Assembly (NCBI GenBank): GCA_027317865.1
Contig: DAHVQG010000007.1
Coordinates: 14,300 to 78,299 of the forward strand
Direction of reading: 5' to 3'
DNA: 64,000 nucleotides
Source of the DNA: Bdellovibrionales bacterium
GTDB taxonomy: Bacteria > Bdellovibrionota > Bdellovibrionia > Bdellovibrionales > UBA1609
How positions within the stretch are numbered: the first letter of the stretch is position 1; every line of letters starts with the position of its first letter. Positions 1 to 8,562 of this stretch are shown piece after piece. The notes under the pieces were generated by a model, which was not told the DNA's origin, ran no database searches, and worked only from the letters and a program-made list of their open reading frames with translations. Both the position numbers and the translations under genes were made by a program.

Positions 1-255
1 AGCGAACGTTACCCGAATTTGAAAGCCGATCGAAATTTTCGCGATTTACAAGTGCAACTTGAAGGAACAGAAAACCGTATTACCATTGCCCGCCAGCGGT
101 TAATCGATGCGATTAACCACTTCAACGACCAGATTACGGTGCCGCCTGAAAGTTGGACAAACTCAATGTTTTACCATTACCAAGCCATGCCACAGTGGAA
201 TGTCCCTGCGGCTGAACAGTCAACGATTCAACAACCGCCGAAAGTGAAGTTCTAA
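1..255 (+). CDS. lemA: LemA family protein, C-terminal part (5' end lies outside the window)
   Basis: Frame 1 is open from nt 1. The translation SERYPNLKADRNFRDLQVQLEGTENRITIARQR... matches the conserved LemA core (YP.LKA..F..LQ..L..TEN.I). Two TPM-domain genes follow, as in typical lemA operons. Confidence 0.85.
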   Translation, partial: SERYPNLKADRNFRDLQVQLEGTENRITIARQRLIDAINHFNDQITVPPESWTNSMFYHYQAMPQWNVPAAEQSTIQQPPKVKF

Positions 256-256
256 T

Positions 257-1036
257 TTGTTTCGACGGGGTTGGATGCTTTCTTTTTTAATTTTGGCGGT
301 TTCGTTTTCGACCGCTATCTTTTCGACGACATCAGCTCGTGCGCAAAGCGGAACTTTTAAAGTTCCCGAATTGACCGGGCCGGTTGTCGACGAAGCTCAT
401 CTCTATCAGCCGGACGAGATCGCCCAAATTTCGGCACTTCTGCGTGAAATTGCCGCTCAAGGTGACGTGCAGATTCAAGTTTTGACGGTACCCAATCTGC
501 AAGGCGAAGCGATTGAACAAGCGTCGATTCAAGTGGTCGATAAATGGAAGATTGGTAAAAAAGGCAAAGACAACGGCGTGCTCATCATGATCGCCGAAAA
601 AGAACACCAAATGCGAATTGAAGTGGGCGCCGGTCTTGAGGGGAGAATTCCTGACATCCTCGCTTACCATATTATTCGACGTGTGATGAGACCACTGTTC
701 AAGCAAGGTGAGTACGCGGCCGGAACATATGCCGGAATTCTCAAAGTCGTTTCATACGCAAACCCGAAATATTTTAAACAACTTCAACAAAGCGGCGGCT
801 ACCCTTCGAATGTCGAAAATCAAAGCAATGCGCCGTTTCCGATCACAAAAGCGATAATGATGATTTTGATGCTGATCTTTTTTGGCCCTTGGGGATTTAT
901 GGCTTTCGCTGGCGGTGGAATGTTCGGCGGCGGTTTTGGCGGTGGACTTGGCGGGGGCGGTTTCGGTGGCTTCGGCGGCGGCTGGGGCGGCGGCGGCGGC
1001 GGATTTGACGGCGGCGGCGCCTCGGGCGGGTGGTGA
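257..1036 (+). CDS. TPM (TLP18.3/Psb32/MOLO-1) domain protein with a signal peptide, a C-terminal TM segment and a Gly-rich tail (YgcG-like)
   Basis: N-terminal signal peptide ...STTSARAQS. TPM-like core LTGPVVDEAHLY...ISALL...QIQVLTVPNLQGE..IEQ.S..V.DKW.IGKKGKDNGVLIMIA..EH.MRIEVG.GLEG. The tail is GGGFGGGLGGGGFGGFGGGWGGGGGG. The start may be TTG 257 or ATG 275. Confidence 0.85.
   Translation: MFRRGWMLSFLILAVSFSTAIFSTTSARAQSGTFKVPELTGPVVDEAHLYQPDEIAQISALLREIAAQGDVQIQVLTVPNLQGEAIEQASIQVVDKWKIGKKGKDNGVLIMIAEKEHQMRIEVGAGLEGRIPDILAYHIIRRVMRPLFKQGEYAAGTYAGILKVVSYANPKYFKQLQQSGGYPSNVENQSNAPFPITKAIMMILMLIFFGPWGFMAFAGGGMFGGGFGGGLGGGGFGGFGGGWGGGGGGFDGGGASGGW
905..1036 (+). repeat. GGC/GGT-rich low-complexity tract encoding the poly-Gly tail
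   Basis: Runs of ggcggc/ggtggc codons can be read directly in the sequence. The complementary strand therefore gives an artefactual Pro-rich ORF. Confidence 0.8.
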
Positions 1037-1037
1037 T

Positions 1038-1697
1038 ATGAGCGATAATGTTCCGAATTGGGCGCAGTCGTGCTTGAGCGACGACGAATTCGAAAAAATC
1101 TCGCAAGCGGTGCGCGATGCCGAGTCAAAAACGTCGGCAGAGATCATCACGATGCTCGTGCGAAGATCGAGTGGCTCCCACATGGTGCCTTTTACAATAA
1201 CGCTACTGTGGACGATTTTGTTGCTTCTTTTTTCATTTAACCGGCGCGAATTGATTTTTCATGACCACTATTGGTGGGTTTTGCCGCTGTTGATCGTTCT
1301 GGGTGCTATGGTTGCATTTTTAGTCAGTCGATTTGCGTTCGTACAGAAATTATTTACGCATCCGGGGGACCGGCACGCGCAGGTTCGCACACGCGCTGAA
1401 CTCGAATTTCACCGCCAGCAATTTGATCGGACCCCGGATCACAAAGCGGTTTTAATTTTTGCTTCGCTTTTTGAGCGCGATGTTGTGGTGCTTGCGGATT
1501 CAAAAATCGCATCAAAATTACCGCCGGAGACCTGGCAAGAAATTGTACGCACGTTGGTGACGGGGTTTCGTTCTCACGGGCATGCGCACGGTTGGCTGAA
1601 AGCGATTGAAAAATGCGGATCTATTTTAGCCGAGAAGTTCCCGTCGGGTTCACCCCATAAACAACTGTTTAGCAGTGGCATTTATATAAAAGAGTAG
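1038..1697 (+). CDS. TPM-domain membrane protein (third gene of the lemA-type operon)
   Basis: ATG at 1038 overlaps the upstream stop (gtgATAtg context). The N-terminus LSDDEFEKISQAVRDAESKTSAEIITMLV resembles the TPM/DUF477 pattern and is followed by two TM helices. The track ORF 882..1697 adds an implausible Ala-rich extension that overlaps the upstream gene. Confidence 0.75.
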   Translation: MSDNVPNWAQSCLSDDEFEKISQAVRDAESKTSAEIITMLVRRSSGSHMVPFTITLLWTILLLLFSFNRRELIFHDHYWWVLPLLIVLGAMVAFLVSRFAFVQKLFTHPGDRHAQVRTRAELEFHRQQFDRTPDHKAVLIFASLFERDVVVLADSKIASKLPPETWQEIVRTLVTGFRSHGHAHGWLKAIEKCGSILAEKFPSGSPHKQLFSSGIYIKE

Positions 1698-1869
1698 CAA
1701 CCGCTCTACCGTTGAGTGCTAAGTTCACGAAAAGTGCCAGCGCAAACCTGCCAAAGCGCGAGAAAAATTTTCACAAAAAGCTCAAATTTTCATCCAAATG
1801 AACTTCTGATTTTAGATTTTTGTAATCGTCGAGTATAGATAACAAAACAATTCAAAACGGGGAAGGCCG

Positions 1870-3465
1870 ATGAGCACAAAGACAAAGAAGCGCCGATTGG
1901 CGGTTCTTTTATCGATTGTACTACTGTTTAGCCAAACCTCCTTTGCCAGTAACGAATTTAGCGCGCCAGCTCAGCAAAGTAACAATTCACCGGTTACGAG
2001 CCAGCCCGAACCGGGCCGATTTGAACCAAATGTCGAGACGAACAACAATGCTCCTACGGTGCTGCCGCCGGTTGAGCAGTCGGATGCAGCACGCGCATAT
2101 TTGCAGAATAACGAAGAAGTATTTGGTCAAATTATTACTTTGGCCAGTAAGCTTGAAGACAAGAAAAATGAGCTTTTAAAGGAGCGTGGCGAACAATTCG
2201 TTTCAAATATGATCGTCGACGCGAATCTGATTTATAAAGAGCCGGGCGTAGGCAAAGCGGATTACCGGATAATAAAAGGGGATAAAGGCGCTCCCGATAC
2301 AGTCATTACTCGCGTGGTGCTCGATAAAACAGAAAAAGCTTATTTGTTAATCAATCAGAACCAAATGCCGACGGGATTTTATTTTCGAAAATATCTCGCG
2401 GGGCTTCTTATTGAAGCCGGTTATCGTCCGCAGCGTGATGCCAGTGGCCATGCCCGAACTAATATTTTCGGCCGGCCGAAAATGCGTTACGGGCGCAATA
2501 CCGACGTGCTTGTATTTAACGACAACATTTTGGCCGACGCACATTTGCGCAAAAAACCAACTCCCGCAAACTGGAATTGGTGGCGAGAATACTTTTGGTC
2601 AAAGTACGACCGGCCAACGAAGGCCACTCTAACGGCCGGTTTTGTATTTGGTGCGTTGCCTCACACCATTGTGAATGCGGCAATGGCCCACCTTCTGCAT
2701 GTTTCGTATTGGTCAGCCGGCTGGAATTTTGCATATTCCATGTTTATCGGTGCCTACATTTCGACTTACAAGGCGTGGACGAATTCGGGCGAGAGGCCGA
2801 GTGTACGAGTTCTCAAACTAATGGCTAATGCCATGGTTTACGCGACGGTTCTTGTGATGATGATGAAACCGGGTTCAATGCACCAAAAATTAGCGGCTGT
2901 CAGTTTTGTCAGTTTAGCGAGTATTTTGGCAAACGTGGCCATGAACAGTGTGGCGAGAAACAAATGGAACCAGATTTCAAAAATCGGCGATGAAGCTCGA
3001 GCCAATTCCGGTTTATGGACGATTCCTTTCACGAACATAAAAACGTGGTGGAAGCGCTCCCATGTGAATAATCAACTGCTCTATTTGATCCCGTGGACTA
3101 TTAATCTTGTCGGAATTTTCATTTTAGGAGCTACTAAAATGTTTCAAGTTCCGCATACGGGCATAACGGTTCCGGTTTTGCAATTTGCCGGCATGCCAAT
3201 CGCGATGATTTGGTCGGCCCTATATGCTCGAAGTATCGCGCGTCGGGCTAAATACGATCCGGCGCTTTTGGAGCATTATAAAGATCTCAACAAAATGGCT
3301 CTGCAGTATGAGCGCGACGTGAACCGTTGGGTGCCGCTACATCTGCAAATCGGCGCGAATATGGCGGTGCGATCGGCATGGCACAAAGTTCGACCGACCG
3401 CGCGCGCAGTTGGCCGCGTGACTCGACGAGCGTTTCGTCGCTGCGCTGACATATTGACAAATTGA
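1870..3465 (+). CDS. hypothetical protein: signal peptide, soluble region of about 230 aa, then a polytopic membrane domain
   Basis: SD GGGGAAGG lies before ATG 1870. The signal is LAVLLSIVLLFSQTSFA. Several hydrophobic helices occur in the C-terminal half. The basic tail ends ...RRAFRRCADILTN. I recognise no family. Confidence 0.7.
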   Translation: MSTKTKKRRLAVLLSIVLLFSQTSFASNEFSAPAQQSNNSPVTSQPEPGRFEPNVETNNNAPTVLPPVEQSDAARAYLQNNEEVFGQIITLASKLEDKKNELLKERGEQFVSNMIVDANLIYKEPGVGKADYRIIKGDKGAPDTVITRVVLDKTEKAYLLINQNQMPTGFYFRKYLAGLLIEAGYRPQRDASGHARTNIFGRPKMRYGRNTDVLVFNDNILADAHLRKKPTPANWNWWREYFWSKYDRPTKATLTAGFVFGALPHTIVNAAMAHLLHVSYWSAGWNFAYSMFIGAYISTYKAWTNSGERPSVRVLKLMANAMVYATVLVMMMKPGSMHQKLAAVSFVSLASILANVAMNSVARNKWNQISKIGDEARANSGLWTIPFTNIKTWWKRSHVNNQLLYLIPWTINLVGIFILGATKMFQVPHTGITVPVLQFAGMPIAMIWSALYARSIARRAKYDPALLEHYKDLNKMALQYERDVNRWVPLHLQIGANMAVRSAWHKVRPTARAVGRVTRRAFRRCADILTN

Positions 3466-3516
3466 TCCATTGTCGTTCAGTGTGATAGTCGCCACACACA
3501 ACGAAAGGGTACAACA

Positions 3517-4134
3517 ATGAAATCGTTCGCGCTTGCAATATTGGCTGTAACGTCGCTCGCATTTATTCCGGCATCGTCATTCGCTTTAACGAAAACCAAA
3601 ACCCACAAACAGAAAGTGAAAAAAATGGCTGAACCCGTTGTGATCATGGATACCTCCTTGGGCAAAATCGAAATCGAGTTAAACGAAGCCAAGGCTCCCA
3701 TAACAGTGAAGAATTTTTTGGAATATGTTAACTCAGGGTTCTACGATGGCACGATTTTTCATCGCGTGATCAAAGGTTTCATGATTCAGGGCGGGGGTTA
3801 CGATGAGCATATGCACCTTAAAAAGACGCGTGCAGCGATTAAAAACGAAGCCACTAACGGTTTGAAAAACGAAAAATATACTATCGCCATGGCGCGGACG
3901 AGCGTAGTTAACAGCGCGACGGCGCAGTTTTTCATCAATACCGCTGACAACGCGTTTCTCAACCACAAGTCAGATGATCCGCAGGGATACGGGTACGCTG
4001 TTTTTGGCAAAGTCATTGAGGGGCAAAACGTCGTTGATAAAATTGAGTCAGTGAAAACCAAATCGCTACCAGACGGTATGGAAAACGTGCCAGTCACTCC
4101 TGTAGTCATTCACTGGATCAAACTGAAAAAGTAA
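3517..4134 (+). CDS. ppiA: periplasmic peptidyl-prolyl cis-trans isomerase, cyclophilin type
   Basis: A signal peptide is followed by the cyclophilin signature [46 protein letters not shown] ... [19 protein letters not shown]. Confidence 0.93.
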   Translation: MKSFALAILAVTSLAFIPASSFALTKTKTHKQKVKKMAEPVVIMDTSLGKIEIELNEAKAPITVKNFLEYVNSGFYDGTIFHRVIKGFMIQGGGYDEHMHLKKTRAAIKNEATNGLKNEKYTIAMARTSVVNSATAQFFINTADNAFLNHKSDDPQGYGYAVFGKVIEGQNVVDKIESVKTKSLPDGMENVPVTPVVIHWIKLKK

Positions 4135-4225
4135 GTTTTTACTTTGCGTGTATTCGAAAAATAAGTTATCAGCCTAACTCCATGCTTTGTTTTTGACAGA
4201 GGGTAATTGGGGGCTTGGTCGGGGC

Positions 4226-5344
4226 GTGATCAACTTTAAAATTCGTCGTCTTTTAAGTGTCGGCCTTGCCGCGACTCTATTCTTCGGTTCTGCTTGCGGC
4301 TGGGCGATTCAATTACCTCCTGGGCGAGTGGTACGCGAGCGCACAAATGCGCTGCCCATCGATTCAACAAATTCACCTTTGCCGCCCGAACCGACCCTGG
4401 TTTTGGGCACGGTTGTCAAAGATCAAACTGTTGACCAAGTTGCACGCGATGTATTGCAAGTTGACCCGACCGCTACAGTCCTCGTCGACGAAGGCAATAA
4501 AGAGCCGGTAAACAAATCGGTAGCCGGCAACGATAACGCTGAAATCAAACTGCAAAAAGCGGATACACTCAATTCCATTTTGATTTATATGCAATTTGGC
4601 TGGGAGACGGGCGTCTACCTCGTCTCGTCGCGATTTTCGTGGCTTCAGACGGCGTCGCTATTTCTTTTTGATACTGTTTATACAAGCCAAATGGATTTGA
4701 AATTGGGCCGATGGACGCGGCTTATGCAAATCGTCGAAAGGCCGATTGCGAAAGGGCTCAAAGTCACAAAAATCTCACCTTCAAAAGTGCAAAAGATCAG
4801 CCGGTTTCTCGCTCACGGAGCATTGGTTTACGTCGTCTACGGATTGATGCAGGTACTGTCGGATTTGCCGAGCTGGCACATGGGCTTTGTCGGCGTTGCC
4901 GCTCAACTTAATATTTTACGTAAAGGCGGTTTCGGTTTTCTGAGCAGCGCGGGTTGGACAATGCTTGAGCGCAAGTGGGATCCGCTAAACGAAAAAGATC
5001 GTCCCATTAGCCGTCAGGCCTTCACTGTATTCGATTCGGTTCGCAGTATGATCACGGGTATTTTCATACCATTTTTAATTTCGACCGGTAATTCTGTTGG
5101 TGCGGGCCAATTTGCGCTCCACAATTTGCCGTTTCTTATTTCAGGCGCAATGGGGACAGTGTTTTATTTTTGGGGTGATCGAATTTTGTCGCGCTATCCA
5201 CAGATTGGCGCGTCTCTCGAACGATTTCAAAAACTCACCGAACGAATTAATAATAGACTCACGGTCGCGCGCAATAAAGCCATACAGAAATTGCAGCGCT
5301 CACGGCGTTGTTCCGCCATTCTGGCCGGTCGCAAGCGAAGCTAA
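4226..5344 (+). CDS. hypothetical lipoprotein / polytopic membrane protein, probable distant paralog of 1870..3465
   Basis: A GTG start at 4226 gives VINFKIRRLLSVGLAATLFFGSAC, a lipobox-like N-terminus. The track start at 4187 is also possible. The C-terminal half is hydrophobic. The tail ...QRSRRCSAILAGRKRS resembles the tail of the 1870 gene. Confidence 0.65.
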   Translation: MINFKIRRLLSVGLAATLFFGSACGWAIQLPPGRVVRERTNALPIDSTNSPLPPEPTLVLGTVVKDQTVDQVARDVLQVDPTATVLVDEGNKEPVNKSVAGNDNAEIKLQKADTLNSILIYMQFGWETGVYLVSSRFSWLQTASLFLFDTVYTSQMDLKLGRWTRLMQIVERPIAKGLKVTKISPSKVQKISRFLAHGALVYVVYGLMQVLSDLPSWHMGFVGVAAQLNILRKGGFGFLSSAGWTMLERKWDPLNEKDRPISRQAFTVFDSVRSMITGIFIPFLISTGNSVGAGQFALHNLPFLISGAMGTVFYFWGDRILSRYPQIGASLERFQKLTERINNRLTVARNKAIQKLQRSRRCSAILAGRKRS

Positions 5345-5543
5345 GTCAGCGCGGCAAAAGCAAAGCATAGTGCGCCTAAAGCCCAGTTTTGTTGAGAATC
5401 ATAACACTGATCAATATTTTTACGAATTAAGCCTGCAGCCGTGTCGTTGAATGGTATTGGCGAGCATCCGATTTGCATAATTAGAAGAATGGGGAAAGTC
5501 TCGGGGATTCTCAAATTAATACATCTCAAAATGAGAGGCAAAA

Positions 5544-7319
5544 ATGAGACGAAATATTGCGCGTTTTGCTACCTTAGTTGGCATCTTTGCGTTGATCACA
5601 ATGTTCAACAATTGCAGCGGTTTTTCTGGAATAAACAGTAGCCCATCGTCGCAAGCCTCGAGTGCATCCACCTCGCCGAGCGGACCGAATAGTCCGAATG
5701 CGCCGAGCGGACCAAGCGGTTACGATTACCCCTCAACCGGGATTCAAATGAATAACATGCCGGGAATTTGGATGGCGTATCCGGGCGATGCCCGACCGAT
5801 TCTTGATTGTCAAAATAAGGGGACGTGCATCGGCCTCAGCGGTAATGTTCAGTCCCCGGCACTATTTCAGGGGTTTGATATTACAAACACTTCTTTTAAA
5901 TTTTTTTGGTTGGATGGGGACAAAAGCCCGGTCACTTGGCGCAACAATATTATGCACGGAATAACCGTCACGAATCCGAACGACGCTTACGAAAACCCGG
6001 CCTTTATTTTTACGCAAGATTATACGGGTGGAACGACCCCCGTCTATCAACATCTCATTCTTCAAAACAATCAGGTTTATGACCTTAACAATTATAACCA
6101 CGACATCCACATTTCGCCGGCGACATTCTATGACGTGAGCCATTCGCTCGAAGAAGACAACGTGATCCACGACATTTACGACGGGACATGCATCGAAGAC
6201 AAGGACGATGGTTGGTACAACACCTATCGTAATAATGTTTGTTACAATGTCGATGGCGGCAGCGGAATCGGTCTCTATAGTCAATATAGTCAGGGCCAAA
6301 TCGAAATTGAGAATAATTTATTAATTGGTAACCCAAATGGCCGCAACTTGATCGATGTCGGCTCTCAACCCGGCTATATTCGCAACATTTATATTCACAA
6401 CAATACATTGGTAAATGGCTTTATCGGGTTTGGTAACCCAATTTACAATCAAAGTGCCGGTACTTACGTTATCGCCCACAATCTATTTTACGATGACAGT
6501 ACAACGGCGCCGCTTGAGTTTTACGGTGTTAACGGTTCGTTTGATCCGTCGACAATCGGACAACCTTCCTGCGTCGGAACAGCAACTCAATGTCCGCCAA
6601 TTACAGCGTCGCAAGCCTATGTTTCGAGTTTATTGACGGGCAACGAAGCATTATTCAAAGACAACTGGTACTGGAGCCCCGATTCAACTCAAAAAATGAT
6701 GACGTGGTCGTGGCAGCAATACGGTTTAAACCTATCGCAGTGGCAAAATTTGGGATTCGACTCCGCCGGCGGCCTTTTCTTCACACAACAACCGTCCTTC
6801 TTAGCGACCGGAGCCTATTCGTCTTCAAACGATTATTCTTTGGCGCCCACTGATCCCAACTATAGTGTTTATGGTAAAGATTCTACGCCAAGCGCGAATA
6901 CGACTTCATATACGGGGTGGGCCCTGCAATTTATCGGAATTGACTTAACAACAGCTTATCCTGGTATCCAATACTACAGCCGGCTCGCGGTCGTCGGCGG
7001 ATTATATCCGTACACTTTTAAACTTTTGACCGCTCCGACAGGAATGCAAATTCAACCACGCACCGGTGAAATCACATGGACCCCAACTCAAGACAACACT
7101 ACGGCTAACGTCGACGTGCAAGTTACGGATAGCGCCGGTACCACGGCGACACATTCGTTCACAATTCAGGTCACGAAGAATAATTTCTATTTTATCGACG
7201 CAGTTAATGGGAGCGACTCAAATCCCGGCACTTTGCAAGCGCCATTTCGAACATTGCTCGGGGTGCAACAAAAAGGCTTACCTGCGACGGCAACACTCTA
7301 TTTTAGGGGCGGGCCGTAA
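5544..7319 (+). CDS. secreted/lipoprotein with right-handed parallel beta-helix repeats, one He_PIG/cadherin-like Ig domain, and the beginning of a second beta-helix domain (apparently 3'-truncated)
   Basis: SD GAGAGG precedes the start. The N-terminus is LITMFNNCSG followed by a Ser/Pro-rich linker. Repeated N-N-x-(V/I/L) rungs are present (NNIMHGITVTN, NNQVYDLNN, DNVIHDIYDG, RNNVCYNVDG, ENNLLIGN, HNNTLVNG, AHNLFYDD). The Ig-like segment is YPYTFKLLTAPTGMQIQPRTGEITWTPT...VTDSAGTTATHSFTIQV. The protein ends FYFIDAVNGSDSNPGTLQAPFRTL...ATLYFRGGP*. Confidence 0.75.
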   Translation: MRRNIARFATLVGIFALITMFNNCSGFSGINSSPSSQASSASTSPSGPNSPNAPSGPSGYDYPSTGIQMNNMPGIWMAYPGDARPILDCQNKGTCIGLSGNVQSPALFQGFDITNTSFKFFWLDGDKSPVTWRNNIMHGITVTNPNDAYENPAFIFTQDYTGGTTPVYQHLILQNNQVYDLNNYNHDIHISPATFYDVSHSLEEDNVIHDIYDGTCIEDKDDGWYNTYRNNVCYNVDGGSGIGLYSQYSQGQIEIENNLLIGNPNGRNLIDVGSQPGYIRNIYIHNNTLVNGFIGFGNPIYNQSAGTYVIAHNLFYDDSTTAPLEFYGVNGSFDPSTIGQPSCVGTATQCPPITASQAYVSSLLTGNEALFKDNWYWSPDSTQKMMTWSWQQYGLNLSQWQNLGFDSAGGLFFTQQPSFLATGAYSSSNDYSLAPTDPNYSVYGKDSTPSANTTSYTGWALQFIGIDLTTAYPGIQYYSRLAVVGGLYPYTFKLLTAPTGMQIQPRTGEITWTPTQDNTTANVDVQVTDSAGTTATHSFTIQVTKNNFYFIDAVNGSDSNPGTLQAPFRTLLGVQQKGLPATATLYFRGGP

Positions 7320-7468
7320 CGGCACTAGAATGCGGGTGTGATCTTTACGCAACAATAACCTAAGGATCTGCCTTATTTTTGAAATTAGATGATTTGCAGC
7401 TAGACAAATTGAAATTTATTGCGGGATGATCTCGACTAAGGACGCACACGAAGTGCAAGGGAGGGGTC

Positions 7469-8512
7469 ATGCGCAACGTGAAAGTAGGGGTCTATCAACT
7501 TGCAGTCATATTCATCGCAAGTTTTAGCATTATAGGAATTTCGAATAACAGTTGGGCTTGGGGCAATATGGGCCACGAAGCCATCGCAAAGATCGCTGAA
7601 GAGAACATGACTCCAGCGGCCCTTGCGCAAGTTCACGCGATACTCGGTAATATGACAATGGAGCAAGCCGCCGAGTGGCCAGATCAGATCAAGCACCAAT
7701 CGGGATGGCGGCACACGGCTCCGTACCATTTTGCCAATATTAAACTCGGGCAATCGTATTTCTCGCAATATAGCCGGCCTGGTTTTTTGCAACGAGGGGA
7801 CGTCATTCGGGCGTTAGTGAAGTCCGAAGATATTTTGCGAAATAGCTCAGCAACCGCGATTCAGAAAAAATATGCGCTCTGCTTTTTAGAACATTTCGAG
7901 GGTGATTTGCAGCAACCTCTCCACGAAGCAAACCGAGAGCGAGGCGGCAATGAAATTAAAATTACATTCTTCGGCCGCAATACCAATCTTCATGCCATTT
8001 GGGATTTCGGTATGTTCAACGAAGCGGTTTGGGGGCAACCGCGATCGCCTAATGGTTACCAAAACATTGGTCCTCAAGACATAGATCGATTTGTCAGCGT
8101 GTTACCGACGCCTACGGCCGCGCAAATCGCAAACTGGCAAAATTCGTATATCATGGATTGGTCAAGAGACGCCCGTTCAAAAGTGGCGTCGATCTATCAA
8201 GACTGGAACGGCGATAGCCAGGCTTACTATAGCGAATATGTTCCATATGCTGAAAATGCGATTGTAAAAGCTGGTTATCGGCTGGCTGCGTATCTCGATG
8301 CGGTTATGACCAATCAGCCCTTTCAAGCGCAAAAGGCGCAAGCTTTGCGCCAAGAAATCTTGGCTCACATGGGCGGCACCGATCAATATCCAATCCTTCT
8401 CGGACCATCAAATGGCGCATCGGTTGGCAATGGCGGCTCACACCGTTGGGGCCATGGCGGCTCACACCGTTGGAATAACAACGGATGGGGTGATACGGCC
8501 GTTGGGATGTAA
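7469..8512 (+). CDS. secreted S1/P1-family nuclease (single-strand-specific nuclease fold)
   Basis: SD GGGAGGGG precedes the start and a signal peptide follows. The mature N-terminus WGNMGHEAIAKIA, plus APYHFANI, HFEGDLQQPLH and NLHAIWD, match the metal-binding motifs of the S1-P1 nuclease family. The C-terminus is an unusual G/H/W-rich tail. Confidence 0.88.
   Translation: MRNVKVGVYQLAVIFIASFSIIGISNNSWAWGNMGHEAIAKIAEENMTPAALAQVHAILGNMTMEQAAEWPDQIKHQSGWRHTAPYHFANIKLGQSYFSQYSRPGFLQRGDVIRALVKSEDILRNSSATAIQKKYALCFLEHFEGDLQQPLHEANRERGGNEIKITFFGRNTNLHAIWDFGMFNEAVWGQPRSPNGYQNIGPQDIDRFVSVLPTPTAAQIANWQNSYIMDWSRDARSKVASIYQDWNGDSQAYYSEYVPYAENAIVKAGYRLAAYLDAVMTNQPFQAQKAQALRQEILAHMGGTDQYPILLGPSNGASVGNGGSHRWGHGGSHRWNNNGWGDTAVGM
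8430..8473 (+). repeat. 24-bp-period tandem duplication (2 copies of atggcggctcacaccgttgg) inside the nuclease 3' end
   Basis: Identical 20-mers lie at 8430..8449 and 8454..8473. They encode GGSHRWGHGGSHRW. Confidence 0.9.
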
Positions 8513-8527
8513 ACTAGAATTGCCTAG

Positions 8528-8554
8528 TTGAGCCGCGTGAAAATCGCGGCTCAA
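8528..8554. terminator. GC-rich hairpin between convergent genes (possible bidirectional terminator)
   Basis: TTGAGCCGCG-tgaaaat-CGCGGCTCAA forms a 10-bp perfect stem. It sits between the stop at 8512 (+) and the stop at 8563 (-). Neither side has a clear U-tract. Confidence 0.5.
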
Positions 8555-8562
8555 AGACATTG

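Noticed and set aside
882-1037. The Ala-rich N-terminal extension of track ORF 882..1697
   Set aside because: It lies in an alternative frame of the poly-Gly repeat and overlaps the upstream gene by 155 nt. ATG 1038, at the upstream stop, gives a sensible TPM-type N-terminus.
820-1128. A 102-aa Pro-rich ORF (PPPPPPQPPPKPPKPPPP...) and other antisense or alternative-frame ORFs at 752..1183 and 897..1106
   Set aside because: They are mirror images of the GGC/GGT poly-Gly coding tract of the TPM gene. They have no independent start context, so they are compositional artefacts.
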